Assembly (NCBI GenBank): GCA_963793425.1
Contig: CAWCAG010000007.1
Coordinates: 32,001-96,000, forward strand
Direction of reading: 5' to 3'
Length of the DNA stretch: 64,000 nt
From: an uncultured cyanobacterium
GTDB lineage: Bacteria; Cyanobacteriota; Cyanobacteriia; Cyanobacteriales; CAWCAG01
Made by a program: the position numbers and the translations under genes. Under the pieces are notes generated by a model. That model did not search any database and was not told where the DNA came from. It saw only the letters and a list, made by a program, of their open reading frames with translations. How positions within the stretch are numbered: the first letter of the stretch is position 1; each line of letters starts with the position of its first letter. This document shows, piece by piece, positions 37,659 through 48,600 of the stretch.

Positions 37659-37755
37659 TGAGGCAATATAATTAACTAAAATTATGAAATATAACTTCGC
37701 TCGAAACCGATTATCAAAACTTGATATCAACTAGCAAAAACAGGAAATTTTGCTC

Positions 37756-38331
37756 ATGACTACGCTTACATTAAACCTCAATTCTATAACTAAATTGACT
37801 AGGGAAAATTTTTACCAATTATGCCGAGAAAACCCCAATTTAAAATTAGAACGCAATGCCCAAGGAGAGTTAATTATTATGCCCCCCACAGGAGGAGAGA
37901 CAGGAAGAAGTAATTCTGCTGTTAATGCCCAAGTATGGCTTTGGAACAATCAACATAAACTAGGGGAAGTTTTTGATTCTTCAACTGGATTTAGTTTACC
38001 TTCCGGCGCTGATCGCAGCCCAGATGTCTCTTGGGTAGAAAAATCTCGTTGGGAAGCTTTAAGTCAAGAACAAAAAGAGAAGTTTATTCCCCTATGTCCT
38101 GATTTTGTTATTGAAATACTTTCTCCCAATGATAGTTTAAAGAAGACTCAACAGAAGATGCAGGAATATGTAGCAAATGGTTGTCGATTGGGTTGCTTGA
38201 TTAACAGAAAAAGGCAAGAAGTAGAAATTTATCGTCCAGGGCAAGAAGTAGAAGTTTTGATTTCACCTCAAAGTATTTCTGGGGAGAATATATTGCCTGG
38301 ATTAGTTATTAACTTGCAACAAGTTTGGTAA
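37756..38331 (+). CDS. Uma2 (DUF820) family endonuclease
   Basis: LERNAQGELIIMPPTG, FDSSTGF.LP.GADRSPDVSW, CPDFVIEILSP. Confidence 0.92.
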   Translation: MTTLTLNLNSITKLTRENFYQLCRENPNLKLERNAQGELIIMPPTGGETGRSNSAVNAQVWLWNNQHKLGEVFDSSTGFSLPSGADRSPDVSWVEKSRWEALSQEQKEKFIPLCPDFVIEILSPNDSLKKTQQKMQEYVANGCRLGCLINRKRQEVEIYRPGQEVEVLISPQSISGENILPGLVINLQQVW

Positions 38332-38432
38332 TACTGTTTTTTCTTTAGTCATGTTGGAGATATTCTGGTAGAGGCGAAGGTTTATCTCAACACTTTTGGG
38401 CTTATAAAGCTATATTCAGCGAATTATCACGT

Positions 38433-39239
38433 TCAATCACTTTTTTGGGAGATAACAGACTCTTGTGAAAATTCAATTAGTTTCTTCGCCAAAGTACTAA
38501 TACGCCAACCTGTCGCCGAACTAAATCCAGTACTACGGTCGTATATTAAAGCTAATTGAGATAATCCTTCGCAAGTAATTCGAGTATCTTCTTCTTTCCA
38601 TCCTAATTTTTGAGCTATTTCTTCACCCTTCACAACATATAATTGCTGATTATTTCCCTTATTTTCCTCACGGTCGTTTTTCTCAGCAGTAACAAGACGA
38701 TGTTCTTCATCATAGAGAACTTTTAAAGCTTGCATCTCTTCATTTGACATTTGAGAAACAATACGAAGTAAAGCTTCCTTGTTTTTGTATTTACTGGTCG
38801 GTAAGACGACTGAATTAGCGATAACATTTGCTAAAGTCTTTTGTTTTATTTCCGAAGCAGTTTTCGAAGCTGCTTCTACTGCTTGCACCACTAAAGATAT
38901 GAATTCATCTGATTCTAGAAAATCCTTATCTAGTTTATCTTCATCTAAAGCAATTAATCTCCGTCTTACTCTCTCTTGAAACTTGTTTAATTGGAAAGTT
39001 TGCCAAGTTAGAAATCCTGACCCAATACCAAGAGAAACAGGAACTAAATGTGGAACAAGATTAAGTATTCCTGTTACCGTTGTAATTATTGCACCGCTAA
39101 GCAGTTGACCTTCTATCTGATTTTTCTTAGTCATCTCTTGTCCGTAATGACGCTTGTAATATTTACCTCTAACTCCCTGACTAAAATCATATTCTTCTAA
39201 TATATCAGGGTCATTATTTTGCTTAGACTCCTTGCTCAT
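38433..39239 (-). CDS. BrnA-like antitoxin N-terminus (35 aa) fused to an Abi-alpha/DUF4393-like helical + winged-helix domain
   Basis: DPDILEEYDFSQGVRGKY motif; overlaps brnT by 17 nt; after M36 (39134): DFLESDEF..LV.QA...A...K...LAN.IANS...LLRIVSQMS..E...L, then wHTH-like CEGLSQLALI...WRISTLAKKLIEF. Confidence 0.55.
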   Translation of the reverse strand: MSKESKQNNDPDILEEYDFSQGVRGKYYKRHYGQEMTKKNQIEGQLLSGAIITTVTGILNLVPHLVPVSLGIGSGFLTWQTFQLNKFQERVRRRLIALDEDKLDKDFLESDEFISLVVQAVEAASKTASEIKQKTLANVIANSVVLPTSKYKNKEALLRIVSQMSNEEMQALKVLYDEEHRLVTAEKNDREENKGNNQQLYVVKGEEIAQKLGWKEEDTRITCEGLSQLALIYDRSTGFSSATGWRISTLAKKLIEFSQESVISQKSD

Positions 39240-39504
39240 AAATTTCTCTTTCCCTTTTAGCAGCTTTACGGGCGCTAATAATGCGGATGAAATTTTTCCT
39301 TTCTGTATGAACTACAACTAACACTCGTAACTTTGTCGAATAACCTATATTTATAAAACGTTCTTCATTAAAAGAATGTAGTGGATCATCAATGGTTATC
39401 AAGAAAGGGTCGCTGAAAACCGTAGTTGCCTCTTCAAAAGCAATACCATGCTTTCTAATATTCGTTCTTGCTTTTTCCACATCCCATTCAAATTCTAACG
39501 CCAT
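39223..39504 (-). CDS. brnT: BrnT family ribonuclease toxin
   Basis: FEWDVEKARTNIRKHGIAFEEA..VF.DP...EERF..IG...LVVVHTER...IRIISARKA. Confidence 0.93.
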   Translation of the reverse strand: MALEFEWDVEKARTNIRKHGIAFEEATTVFSDPFLITIDDPLHSFNEERFINIGYSTKLRVLVVVHTERKNFIRIISARKAAKREREIYEQGV

Positions 39505-39524
39505 CTAAAATAATTGAAAGAAAC

Positions 39525-40340
39525 CTAATTATTGTAGCTGGATAATTGTTCACTAATAACAGAATGCCAACCTCTCGGCCCAGCTTCAGGAGCAACTGTC
39601 CATCCCCTACCTAATAAACCAGGATGAGGCCCTTTATGACCAGGAATAATAAAGGGATGATCAACATTTTCTAACATGGCAATATCGTTAGGACTATTGC
39701 CTAAACCAATAGTAATAATCTTCTCATTGGGAACTGTTTTTTGATACAGCGATTCCAGCTTTTTAACCGCCAATCCTTTACCCGCTTCAGCCCCAATTAA
39801 ATGGGAAAATCTATCTCCCACTACTACTTTAAAACCTTGCTCCTTCACTGCTTCTTCAATCCTTTGAGAACTAACTTCTTTTGGAGTAACAAAAGGTTCT
39901 GTAAATTCCCTAGCCTTTGCCCGTTTAATTGCTTCTGGGGGTAAGCCTGTTAATTGATGCAACTGGTCATCACTTAAGTCCCCGAAACCTTGTAAATTCA
40001 GACCCAAAGCTTCGGCAACAGCTTTTAATCCTGCCCTTGCTTCACCGTAACTCATACCCAACCGCAGTAAATTATAATCTCCCCACTTCTGGTTTGTCTT
40101 TACCTGAAAACGCGGGTCATTTGCTGGTAAAAAAATACCGCTACCATTTTCCACCACAAAAGGGTCAATTATCCCCAACTCTTGCAACAAATCTTCTACT
40201 TCTATGCGGGTTTTACTGGTTACAGGAATTACAGGAATCTTTGCTTGTTTTAACTTCTCCAGCATTGGTAAGGCTGGGGCATAACTATAATCTTCGGAAT
40301 CGAGAAGAGTTCCATCTAAGTCAGTGAAGATGATTAACAT
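39525..40340 (-). CDS. gpgP: Glucosyl-3-phosphoglycerate phosphatase (HAD IIB, MpgP-like)
   Basis: FTDLDGTLL, TSKTR.E, VENG, REFTEPF, GLGNSPND..ML; divergent from gpgS. Confidence 0.85.
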   Translation of the reverse strand: MLIIFTDLDGTLLDSEDYSYAPALPMLEKLKQAKIPVIPVTSKTRIEVEDLLQELGIIDPFVVENGSGIFLPANDPRFQVKTNQKWGDYNLLRLGMSYGEARAGLKAVAEALGLNLQGFGDLSDDQLHQLTGLPPEAIKRAKAREFTEPFVTPKEVSSQRIEEAVKEQGFKVVVGDRFSHLIGAEAGKGLAVKKLESLYQKTVPNEKIITIGLGNSPNDIAMLENVDHPFIIPGHKGPHPGLLGRGWTVAPEAGPRGWHSVISEQLSSYNN

Positions 40341-40405
40341 CGGCGAGAGAATTTTCTTTTTTCCTTGTTAGTTTACCTTAAGAGATATTACTAGTTAGAG
40401 AATTT

Positions 40406-40447
40406 GTATCAATGCAAACAGCAAATATTTCGGTAATATTCCATAAT
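40406..40447 (+). promoter_or_regulatory. Putative NtcA-activated (class II) promoter of gpgS
   Basis: GTA-N8-AAC (40406-40419, one mismatch to GTA-N8-TAC), 22 nt, then CATAAT (40442-40447). Confidence 0.45.
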
Positions 40448-40479
40448 TAAGGGATCGTATTAGGATCTTATGTAGTTCT

Positions 40480-41778
40480 ATGGACTATAAACAAGAGCTT
40501 ATCACCACAATTCATGATTTTGGGTGTAACTTAGAAAGCCTTGAAGCTAGATTGACGCTTTTAAGTGAAACTTCTCCTACAGCAGTGCTAATTCCTGCTT
40601 TGTATGAAGAATTGGAAAGGCCAGCTTTAGGTCAAATCGTTGAACACCTCAAAGATTGCCGGTTTGTCAAAACCGTCATTGTCTGTCTTTATGCAGACAC
40701 AGCCGAACAATATGCCAAAGCAGTTAAATTCTTTGATGTTTTACCTCAACCTAGTTTTGTCATCTGGGAAAACGGTCCTAGAACGACAGAACTTTTAGAA
40801 AAACTGAGGGCTAAAGGGCTAGACTTGTTTGCTTTTAAAGGTAAGGGGCGGGCAGTATGGTTAGGACTAGGAGTAGCTACCTTAGAAGCAGAAGCGATCG
40901 CACTTCATGATGCAGATATCGTCACCTATGACCGTTCCTATCCCCTCAAACTGCTCTTTCCCTTACTGGAAAAGGAATTTGGCATTGCTTTTAACAAAGC
41001 CTACTACGCACGTTTAGGACAGTCTCCTCGTAACTTAAATGGTCGAGTTGTCAGATTGTTTGTTGCACCTTTGTTAACTGCCTTAACAGATTTATTTGGC
41101 TACCAAAATTACCTACGTTACCTGAGTGCTTATCGCTATCCCCTTTCCGGGGAATTTGCCCTCACCAATGATTTAGCCCTAAACACCCGCATTCCCGGTA
41201 ACTGGGGCTTAGAAATTGGTTTCTTGGCAGAGGTTTATCGCAATGTGGCCGAGAAACGTATTTCTCAAATTGATCTGGGTATTTTCGACCACAAACATCA
41301 ATCCTTGGGTAACTCCACCAGCGAAGGGTTACAGAAAATGTGTCGAGATATTCTCCGTTCCGTTTTGCGTACCCTAACGGAAACCGAAAGGGTAGTATTA
41401 ACAATGGATCATCTCCATGCCCTGCGGGTTAAATTCCGCCGAGAGGCACAGGATTATACCCGACAATACTTTGTTGATGCCCGTTTCAACGGTATACTTT
41501 ATGACCGTCACCAGGAAGAAGTTACCACAGAAATCTTCGAGAAGGTGATTATGGAAGCCGGGGAGGAGTATTTCGCCGATCCTATGGGGGCGCAAATTCC
41601 TGATTGGACAAGGGCTTTGGCTGTTATACCTGACTTAAGAGAAGAATTGCGAGAAGCAGCTTTAGCAGATGCGGTCGAAGCGAGGGGCTTACAATTTACT
41701 CCCATCGAAACAGTATCAGATTTGGAATTAACTCCTCCGACTCTCGGTAACGGGCAAATACTAGAAACTCTTAACTAG
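40480..41778 (+). CDS. gpgS: Glucosyl-3-phosphoglycerate synthase
   Basis: MDYKQELITTIHD, GKGRAVW, ALHDADI, KAYYAR, GRV.RL.V.PL, YPLSGEF, WGLEIG.LAEV, DHKHQ. Confidence 0.9.
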   Translation: MDYKQELITTIHDFGCNLESLEARLTLLSETSPTAVLIPALYEELERPALGQIVEHLKDCRFVKTVIVCLYADTAEQYAKAVKFFDVLPQPSFVIWENGPRTTELLEKLRAKGLDLFAFKGKGRAVWLGLGVATLEAEAIALHDADIVTYDRSYPLKLLFPLLEKEFGIAFNKAYYARLGQSPRNLNGRVVRLFVAPLLTALTDLFGYQNYLRYLSAYRYPLSGEFALTNDLALNTRIPGNWGLEIGFLAEVYRNVAEKRISQIDLGIFDHKHQSLGNSTSEGLQKMCRDILRSVLRTLTETERVVLTMDHLHALRVKFRREAQDYTRQYFVDARFNGILYDRHQEEVTTEIFEKVIMEAGEEYFADPMGAQIPDWTRALAVIPDLREELREAALADAVEARGLQFTPIETVSDLELTPPTLGNGQILETLN

Positions 41779-42022
41779 TATTGATTTCGTCTAGGAATTC
41801 CAGGGAATTTGCATCTACCAACACCAATTAACATCAGCGGGAAACCTAATATTAGCCATCATCATCTGAAGTTTTGTCAGCACAGAAGCGGCGATCGCAG
41901 ATATAGATGGTTTAATTTTGTCTGGCTAAAAACGCTACACCTGCTACTATTCTCAAAACCCAAAGCCTGGTAATCTATAAACTTTGGAAAAATAATAACT
42001 TAGCTGACCAAACAAATATTTT

Positions 42023-42916
42023 ATGAGCAGTGAAAGCGAATACATCAGAAAAGCAGAAGCCACTCGTGTTAGGGTATTGAGCGAAGCTTTACCCTACATT
42101 CAACAGTTTGCTGGCCGTACAGTGGTGGTAAAATATGGTGGGGCCGCCATGAAGGATCAAATGCTTAAGGATAAGGTAGTTAGAGATATTGTCTTTTTAT
42201 CCTGCGTTGGTTTGCGCCCTGTGGTTGTTCATGGCGGCGGGCCAGAAATTAATAGCTGGTTAACTAAATTGGGCATTGAACCTCAATTCAAAGATGGTTT
42301 GCGCGTAACCGATGCCCCCACTATGGATGTGGTAGAGATGGTATTAGTGGGTAGAGTGAATAAAGAACTTGTTTCTTTAATTAACCGCGCAGGAGGGGCA
42401 GCGGTTGGTCTATGTGGCAAAGATGGTAACTTGATTAAAGCTAGACCGGAAGGAAGAGAAGGTATTGGTTTTGTCGGAGAAGTTAGTAGTATTGATACCA
42501 AGCTGGTAGAATCATTGGTTAGCAATGGCTATGTGCCAGTTATTTCTAGTGTGGCAGCCGATATTACCGGGCAAGCTTACAATATTAATGCTGATACTGT
42601 GGCTGGAGAATTAGCGGCTGCTTTGGGGGCAGAAAAATTAATTTTACTGACTGATACCCCTGGCATTTTAGAAGACTACAAAGAACCCTCAACTTTGCTT
42701 CCCAAACTTGATATTCAGCAAGCCAGGGAACTTATTGATAAAGGGGTTGTGGCGGGAGGAATGATTCCTAAAGTTAACTGTTGTGTTCGTTCCTTAGCAC
42801 AAGGTGTCCATGCTGCACACATCATTGATGGGCGCATTCCCCATGCCCTGTTGCTAGAAATTTTTACCGATGATGGTATTGGTTCGATGTTAGTGGCTTC
42901 AGGATATTTTGTTTAA
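42023..42916 (+). CDS. argB: N-acetylglutamate kinase
   Basis: [53 protein letters not shown]. Confidence 0.97.
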   Translation: MSSESEYIRKAEATRVRVLSEALPYIQQFAGRTVVVKYGGAAMKDQMLKDKVVRDIVFLSCVGLRPVVVHGGGPEINSWLTKLGIEPQFKDGLRVTDAPTMDVVEMVLVGRVNKELVSLINRAGGAAVGLCGKDGNLIKARPEGREGIGFVGEVSSIDTKLVESLVSNGYVPVISSVAADITGQAYNINADTVAGELAAALGAEKLILLTDTPGILEDYKEPSTLLPKLDIQQARELIDKGVVAGGMIPKVNCCVRSLAQGVHAAHIIDGRIPHALLLEIFTDDGIGSMLVASGYFV

Positions 42917-42964
42917 CTTTCACTCAAAAAAAAGTCGCCCATTCCCCATTCATCAGTATAAGCC

Positions 42965-43351
42965 TCAACGGCTGAGGCGAATTTGCACTCCGTCAGAACC
43001 TAGATAAATATAAGAACCTTGATTTTGAGAGTGCTGATGCTGATAAACTGGAGGATAGACTATTGTGGGATTAACAATAACAGGTGGATAAACTACTTGA
43101 TTTTGTCCTGGTACGATTATTTGAGGACTGGGAAAATGAATAGTAGAATTTCGTCTCCTTCTGCTTAAAGGATGTGCTGTGGGAGAATTATACACCGGAT
43201 TGGTGTAAATAACTGTTGGTTGTTGAATTGGATAAACTGTGGTTCTTTGTATGACTACAGGTTTAGCATTGGCTGGCAAATCACTACTTAAAATAGCAGT
43301 AACGCCTAGTAGCAGAGGGGCGAAGGCATTTTTGAGGTTTAGTTTCAACAT
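42965..43351 (-). CDS. Secreted proline-rich hypothetical protein
   Basis: Signal peptide ending PANA; P/V/Y-rich low-complexity body. Confidence 0.65.
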   Translation of the reverse strand: MLKLNLKNAFAPLLLGVTAILSSDLPANAKPVVIQRTTVYPIQQPTVIYTNPVYNSPTAHPLSRRRRNSTIHFPSPQIIVPGQNQVVYPPVIVNPTIVYPPVYQHQHSQNQGSYIYLGSDGVQIRLSR

Positions 43352-43681
43352 AATTTGATTGGGAGATAGTAAAAATGAGCTAAAAAACTGTGTTGCTGTC
43401 TCTAAAGTTGTTCCTAGTAGCAGGTGCTTTTGAGGTTTAGTTTCAACATGAGTTAACTTCGCAGAGGTTAAGAGGGAACGTAGTTATTAATTTATTCTTG
43501 CTATGAGCGATAGAGGAAAAAATTATTCTCTAAGATGCGATAACTCACTCTATCTTATGATACTGACATTTTAGAACCTAACAGAGTTAGGTGCCTGAGA
43601 AAAAATTCAGCCCCAATTTTCTATTAAAGACGTTGTAAATTAAGAAAAGTTTCATGGTAATTTCAAAATTCTCTAAACAAG

Positions 43682-44206
43682 GTGGAAAATCAAGAAAAAT
43701 TACAAGCTGAGTTACAAGCTGGAAAAAAAGCCCTGGAACGAGGTGAATATCGTCTTAGTATTAAACACTTGGAAACTGCTAGGGAATTAACCCGCTTTGG
43801 TACTCGCTTAGGGGGAGAGGTGGGTATTTGGCTGATGAGTGCCTATCAAGCAGCTAATCAACTTGATCAGGCGATCGCCCTAGGACAAAAATTAGCAAAG
43901 CATCCTTTCCAAGAAGTAGCCCAGCAAAGCAAACGCTTACTTTATATAATACAAGCCCCTCAATTGGTGAGGCCAAGAGAATGGATGAGCGAAATTCCTG
44001 ACTTAACTAATTTAGAAGAAAGTGAACCCAAGGATCGTCGTGGTAGTAGTTTCTCGAAGAAGTCAAGTTCTAAATTGAAAGAATCTAAACCTTTAGATTT
44101 AAGTGAAGTTAATACCCAAGATAATCAATTTGTCTGGCTAGCTTTAGTAACTATAGTTCTTATTTTTGGAGGACTATGGCTTTTGCCATTGATCATTAAA
44201 CATTAA
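43682..44206 (+). CDS. TPR-like protein with C-terminal transmembrane helix
   Basis: GKKALERGEY, GGEV.IWL..AYQA, LLYIIQAPQL.RP.EW; C-terminal hydrophobic helix. Confidence 0.75.
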   Translation: MENQEKLQAELQAGKKALERGEYRLSIKHLETARELTRFGTRLGGEVGIWLMSAYQAANQLDQAIALGQKLAKHPFQEVAQQSKRLLYIIQAPQLVRPREWMSEIPDLTNLEESEPKDRRGSSFSKKSSSKLKESKPLDLSEVNTQDNQFVWLALVTIVLIFGGLWLLPLIIKH

Positions 44207-44226
44207 ACATTTTTAGCGACTAGCAA

Positions 44227-45516
44227 CTAGCAACTAGCAATCATCACAGTAAAGGTTGTGCCAAGGTTAGGATCACTCTCAAAAGTAATTGTGCCGCCAT
44301 GTAAGTCCACAGCTTTTTTAACAATAGTTAATCCTAAACCTGTACCATGTACTGTATCAGTGTTGCTAGCCCGATAAAAAGGTTCAAAAAGGTGTTTTTG
44401 GTCTGAGAAAGGAATTCCCATTCCTCTATCTTTAACCCGAAAAACTAGCTGTTTTTCTTGACATTCCAAAACTAAATCAACTTGACTAGTTGGTGGTGAA
44501 TACTTCAAGGCATTAGAAAGTAAATTATCGAGAACGTGGTGGAGTATTTTTTGATCTAGTAAAGGCCAATTACTGTCATTTTCGGTATAAATTCCTTGAT
44601 GGGTAAAAATAATACTGGATTGATCATCACTATCATCTTGGAAGTTGGCAACTACATCTTGACAAAAATCTACTACATTAGTAGGGGTAGGATTAAACTT
44701 TAAACCCTCTGCTTCATCTTGACCAATCAGCAAGATATCATCCAACATTTGGGTCATATGTTTGACATTATTTCTAATGCGGCTGAAATGATTTTTTCTT
44801 TTCTCTAAGCTGAGGCGATCGCTATAACATTGGAGCAATTCCATTGAGCCGAGAATTGTGGTGAGAGGAGTACGAAACTGATGGGAAGTCATGGCAATAA
44901 AGTGGGATTTAAGTTGATTAAGTTCCCGTTCTTTATCTAATGCTTCAATGAGTTCTTGTTCTGCTTGTTGACGACGGCTAATTTCTGATTGGAGTTGCTC
45001 GTTTTGTCCTTGGATGCAGCGTTGCATCTTTTGCAGTTTAAGGTGGGTGCGGATACGGACTAAAACTTCTTCTTGTTCAATGGGTTTAGTAAGATAATCA
45101 ATTCCTCCTACTTCAAAACCTTTAACTTTATTAATAGTTTCGGTGAGGGCTGTCATAAAAATAACAGGTATATGTTTTGTCTGAGCATTAGCTTTGATCT
45201 GTCTACATACAGCAAAGCCATCAAGATCAGGCATGAGGATATCTAATAATATTAAATCGGGAATTTCTGAAGTTGCTATTTGCAGCGCATCTTCTCCATT
45301 TTGTGCCACTAAAACTTTGAAGCCAGTACTTTCTAAGCAAGCAAATAAAACCTGTAAATTACTAGGGGTATCATCAACAATTAAGATAACACCGGAATTG
45401 GCTTCTTCAACTTTATACACACCTACACCTATCTCTGGAAAGGTCTTTTGATAAGTTAATTGTTCCCAAACTGCGTCCATACAATCAAAGTCCTTCTTAG
45501 GTAAACTTAAGGGCAA
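44227..45516 (-). CDS. Hybrid REC-histidine kinase (start uncertain)
   Basis: ILIVDD, PDLILLDILMP, SHQFRTPL, NLLSNALKYS, GTGLGL. Confidence 0.92.
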   Translation of the reverse strand: MPLSLPKKDFDCMDAVWEQLTYQKTFPEIGVGVYKVEEANSGVILIVDDTPSNLQVLFACLESTGFKVLVAQNGEDALQIATSEIPDLILLDILMPDLDGFAVCRQIKANAQTKHIPVIFMTALTETINKVKGFEVGGIDYLTKPIEQEEVLVRIRTHLKLQKMQRCIQGQNEQLQSEISRRQQAEQELIEALDKERELNQLKSHFIAMTSHQFRTPLTTILGSMELLQCYSDRLSLEKRKNHFSRIRNNVKHMTQMLDDILLIGQDEAEGLKFNPTPTNVVDFCQDVVANFQDDSDDQSSIIFTHQGIYTENDSNWPLLDQKILHHVLDNLLSNALKYSPPTSQVDLVLECQEKQLVFRVKDRGMGIPFSDQKHLFEPFYRASNTDTVHGTGLGLTIVKKAVDLHGGTITFESDPNLGTTFTVMIASC

Positions 45517-45641
45517 GGGGCGCTCTTCACCCCTCCATCTGGTCTATGTGTTTATAATTGTGCTGCTTTCAGGTGTACGCTAATGTTTGCATTAATGTAT
45601 ATGATGTATATTTTTCTTTAAAAAACTTTACTAATTTGCTT

Positions 45642-48600
45642 TTATAAGGCTTTACACTTATGCAAAAACTGTTGTAATTGCTGAATTTGAAAACCTTGGG
45701 CTAGTTGGCGAATTTCTTGAGAGAAGGGAATAAATTTCTCATCTTGTTTTTCTAACTGAGTGGCTTGTTCTAAGATGCCTCTAATGTCGCCTCTTTTCGC
45801 TAAACTAAATAACAAAGTTGTTACTTCTTCATTGGGGCAAATGAGCGGCGGAGCTTTGTCTGGAGATTTTTCGGAAGGGGAACTTATAATAGCACTTTTA
45901 CTATAGCTCCATTCTAACTCTAAATGAGTTTGAATTAACTCTAAAAGTTGGTCGAAATTAACAGGTTTGGGCAGAAAAGCATGGCAACCCGCCTGATAGC
46001 TAGAAGATTCATCTTTAGGAAGGGCGCTAGCAGAAATAGCAAAGACTATTTTATCTTTCAAGTTTGGTTCTTGTTGCAATCTTCTGGCAACCTCAAAGCC
46101 ATCTAAAACTGGCATTACCAAATCTAATAAAATTAAATCTGGCTGAAATTCTTTGGCTTTGCTTAAAGCTTCTGCACCATTACTTGCTTCCAAAATTTCA
46201 AAACCCAAAGGACTTAGTAAGTTAACCAAAACTGCACGATTATTAACCTGGTCATCTGCTATTAAGATTTTACGTCTTTTGCCCTCATATCCTTGCATTT
46301 TGTGGGCTGTGGGGGGCAAAGATTCTTCGCCTCTACGATGATTAGTTGTAGCTTCAGGAATCTCTAAATCGAACCAAAAGCTACTGCCTTTTTCTAAGGT
46401 GCTGTTTACTTGAATTTCACTACCCATTTGTCCAGCAATATTTTGACTAATAGTCAAGCCTAATCCTGTACCTTTATTGGGGATATGGCTATCTATTATT
46501 TGCTGGAAAGGTAAAAATATTTCTGCTAATTTCTCTGAGGGAATACCAGGGCCTGTATCTTCAACATAAAATCTGATGATGCTAGATGAATTAGTAGTTT
46601 TCGTATCTGATTCAAAACTAGCTAAATAACCAACCTTGAAAACCACCCCTCCTGTTACGGTGAACTTAACTGCATTACCGAGTAAATTAAGGAGAATTTG
46701 CCGCAGGCGAGTTTCATCGGTTTTTATAATAGTTGGTAATTCAGAAATAGCTTGATAATTAAAAGCAATACTTTTTTCTTCTGCACGAACACGAACTAAA
46801 GCAATAAGGTTATCGAGGAAAGAGGGAAAATGAAACTCACTCTTTTGTATTTCCAATTTCCCTGCTTCGATTTTGGCAATGTAAAGAATATCTTCAATTA
46901 AAGTTAGTAAATGGCTGCCGGATTTGTGAATAATATCAACACCATTAAATTGCTTTGGAGTTAAAGCGGAATCTCGTTTAAGAATTTGAGCGAACCCTAA
47001 AATACCATTTAAAGGAGTCCGTAATTCATGGCTCATATGGGCAATAAAAGCACTTTTCGCCCGATCAGCAGCCTCCGCTTTGTCTTTGGCTATTTCAAGT
47101 TCTGCTGTACGCTTGCCCACCCTTAGCTCTAACTCTACATTAGCTTGGCGCAAAGCTTCTTTGGCTTGTTTCATTTCCGTGATAACTTCGGTAAACATAA
47201 TCAAACCCCCAATTTCTCCTTCTTGGGTGAACCAAGGGCGAAGTTCATAGCGCAGCCAATCTATATTCCCGTTATCACGAATAAAGCTATCTTCTGCTGA
47301 TTTTACCGTTATTCCGGCGAGAACTTTGCGGTGATCTTCTTTCCAGCGTTCAGGAATTTCGGGAAAAACATCGTAGTGAGAGCGACCAATGATGTCTTTT
47401 TGAGATAGATGATAATCTGTAAGCCAACGACGACTAGTAGCTAGGTAACGCATTTGTGAATCAAACATGGCGATCGCACTAGGAACGTGTTGGATAAATA
47501 AAGATAATTTTTCTTGACTTTCATACAAAGCTGTAGTTCGTTTTTGCACTCGCAACTCAAGATTTTCTTTGGCTTGGCGTAGTTGTTCTTGAATTTGCCT
47601 ACGTTCATCGATATCTTCTATTACGGAAATAAAGTATTTTGCCTTTCCTGTCTTAGTTTTGACTAGAGATACAGTCAAGCAAATCCACACCTCCGCACTA
47701 TTTTTATGGATGTAGCGTTTGTCCATGGAGTAATTGTTAATTTCTCCCGCCAACATTTGTTTCACATAACCCAAATCAGCATCTAAATCATCGGGGTGAG
47801 TAATATCCTGGAAAGTTAGTTGGATTAGTTCTTCTGGGGTATAGCCAATAATGTCGCAAATCCTGTGATTCACTTTCAACCATTTTCCTTCTAGGGAAAC
47901 ATGGGCTATACCCACAGCAGCTTGTTCAAAGGTTGCCCGGAAACGCTCTTCACTTTCTTGTAAATCTGCCGTCCGTTCTTCTACTCGCCTTTCTAAACTC
48001 TCATTTGCCCGAAGTAAATCTTCTTCTGCTTGTTTCAGGGCTTCTTCTGCTTTTTTGATATCATCAATATCAATAAAAGTTAGTACCACCCCATCACTAA
48101 AGCCTTCATTTTGGCGATAGGGATGGATGCGTAGTAAAAGATTCATATCTGTTTCTACTAACTTAACTTCCTTCGCCAAAGGCTCTTCAGTTTCAACAAC
48201 TTCTTGCAACATTGCTAGTAAATTATTGCAGTCCATATTATGGGAAAGGTGTTTGAGAGGACGACCAATATCGGCTTCGACTAGATTAATTATTTCTGTA
48301 GCGGCGGGAGTAAACTTGCGAATTTGCAACTTCTTATCTAAAAATACCACCCCAATATCTGTAGAACGAAGTAAATTATCTACATCGTCATTGAGTTGAG
48401 TTAATTCTTGAATTTTTGATTGATACTCACTATTAACGCTATATAACTCTTCATTAACTGAATGTAATTCTTCATTAGTACTTTGCAACTCTTCATTAGA
48501 AGCAATTAACTCTTCATTGGTAGCTTGTTGTTCTTCGTTAGTTGTTTCTAATTCTTCAATAACCGCTTGTAAATTTTCTCTGGTATGTTGTAATTCTTCT

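Noticed and set aside
41800..41845. Second GCATCTACCA (NsiR1-seed-like) sequence between gpgS and argB
   Set aside because: No terminator with a U tail and no TCCGGA; a 10-nt match is not enough
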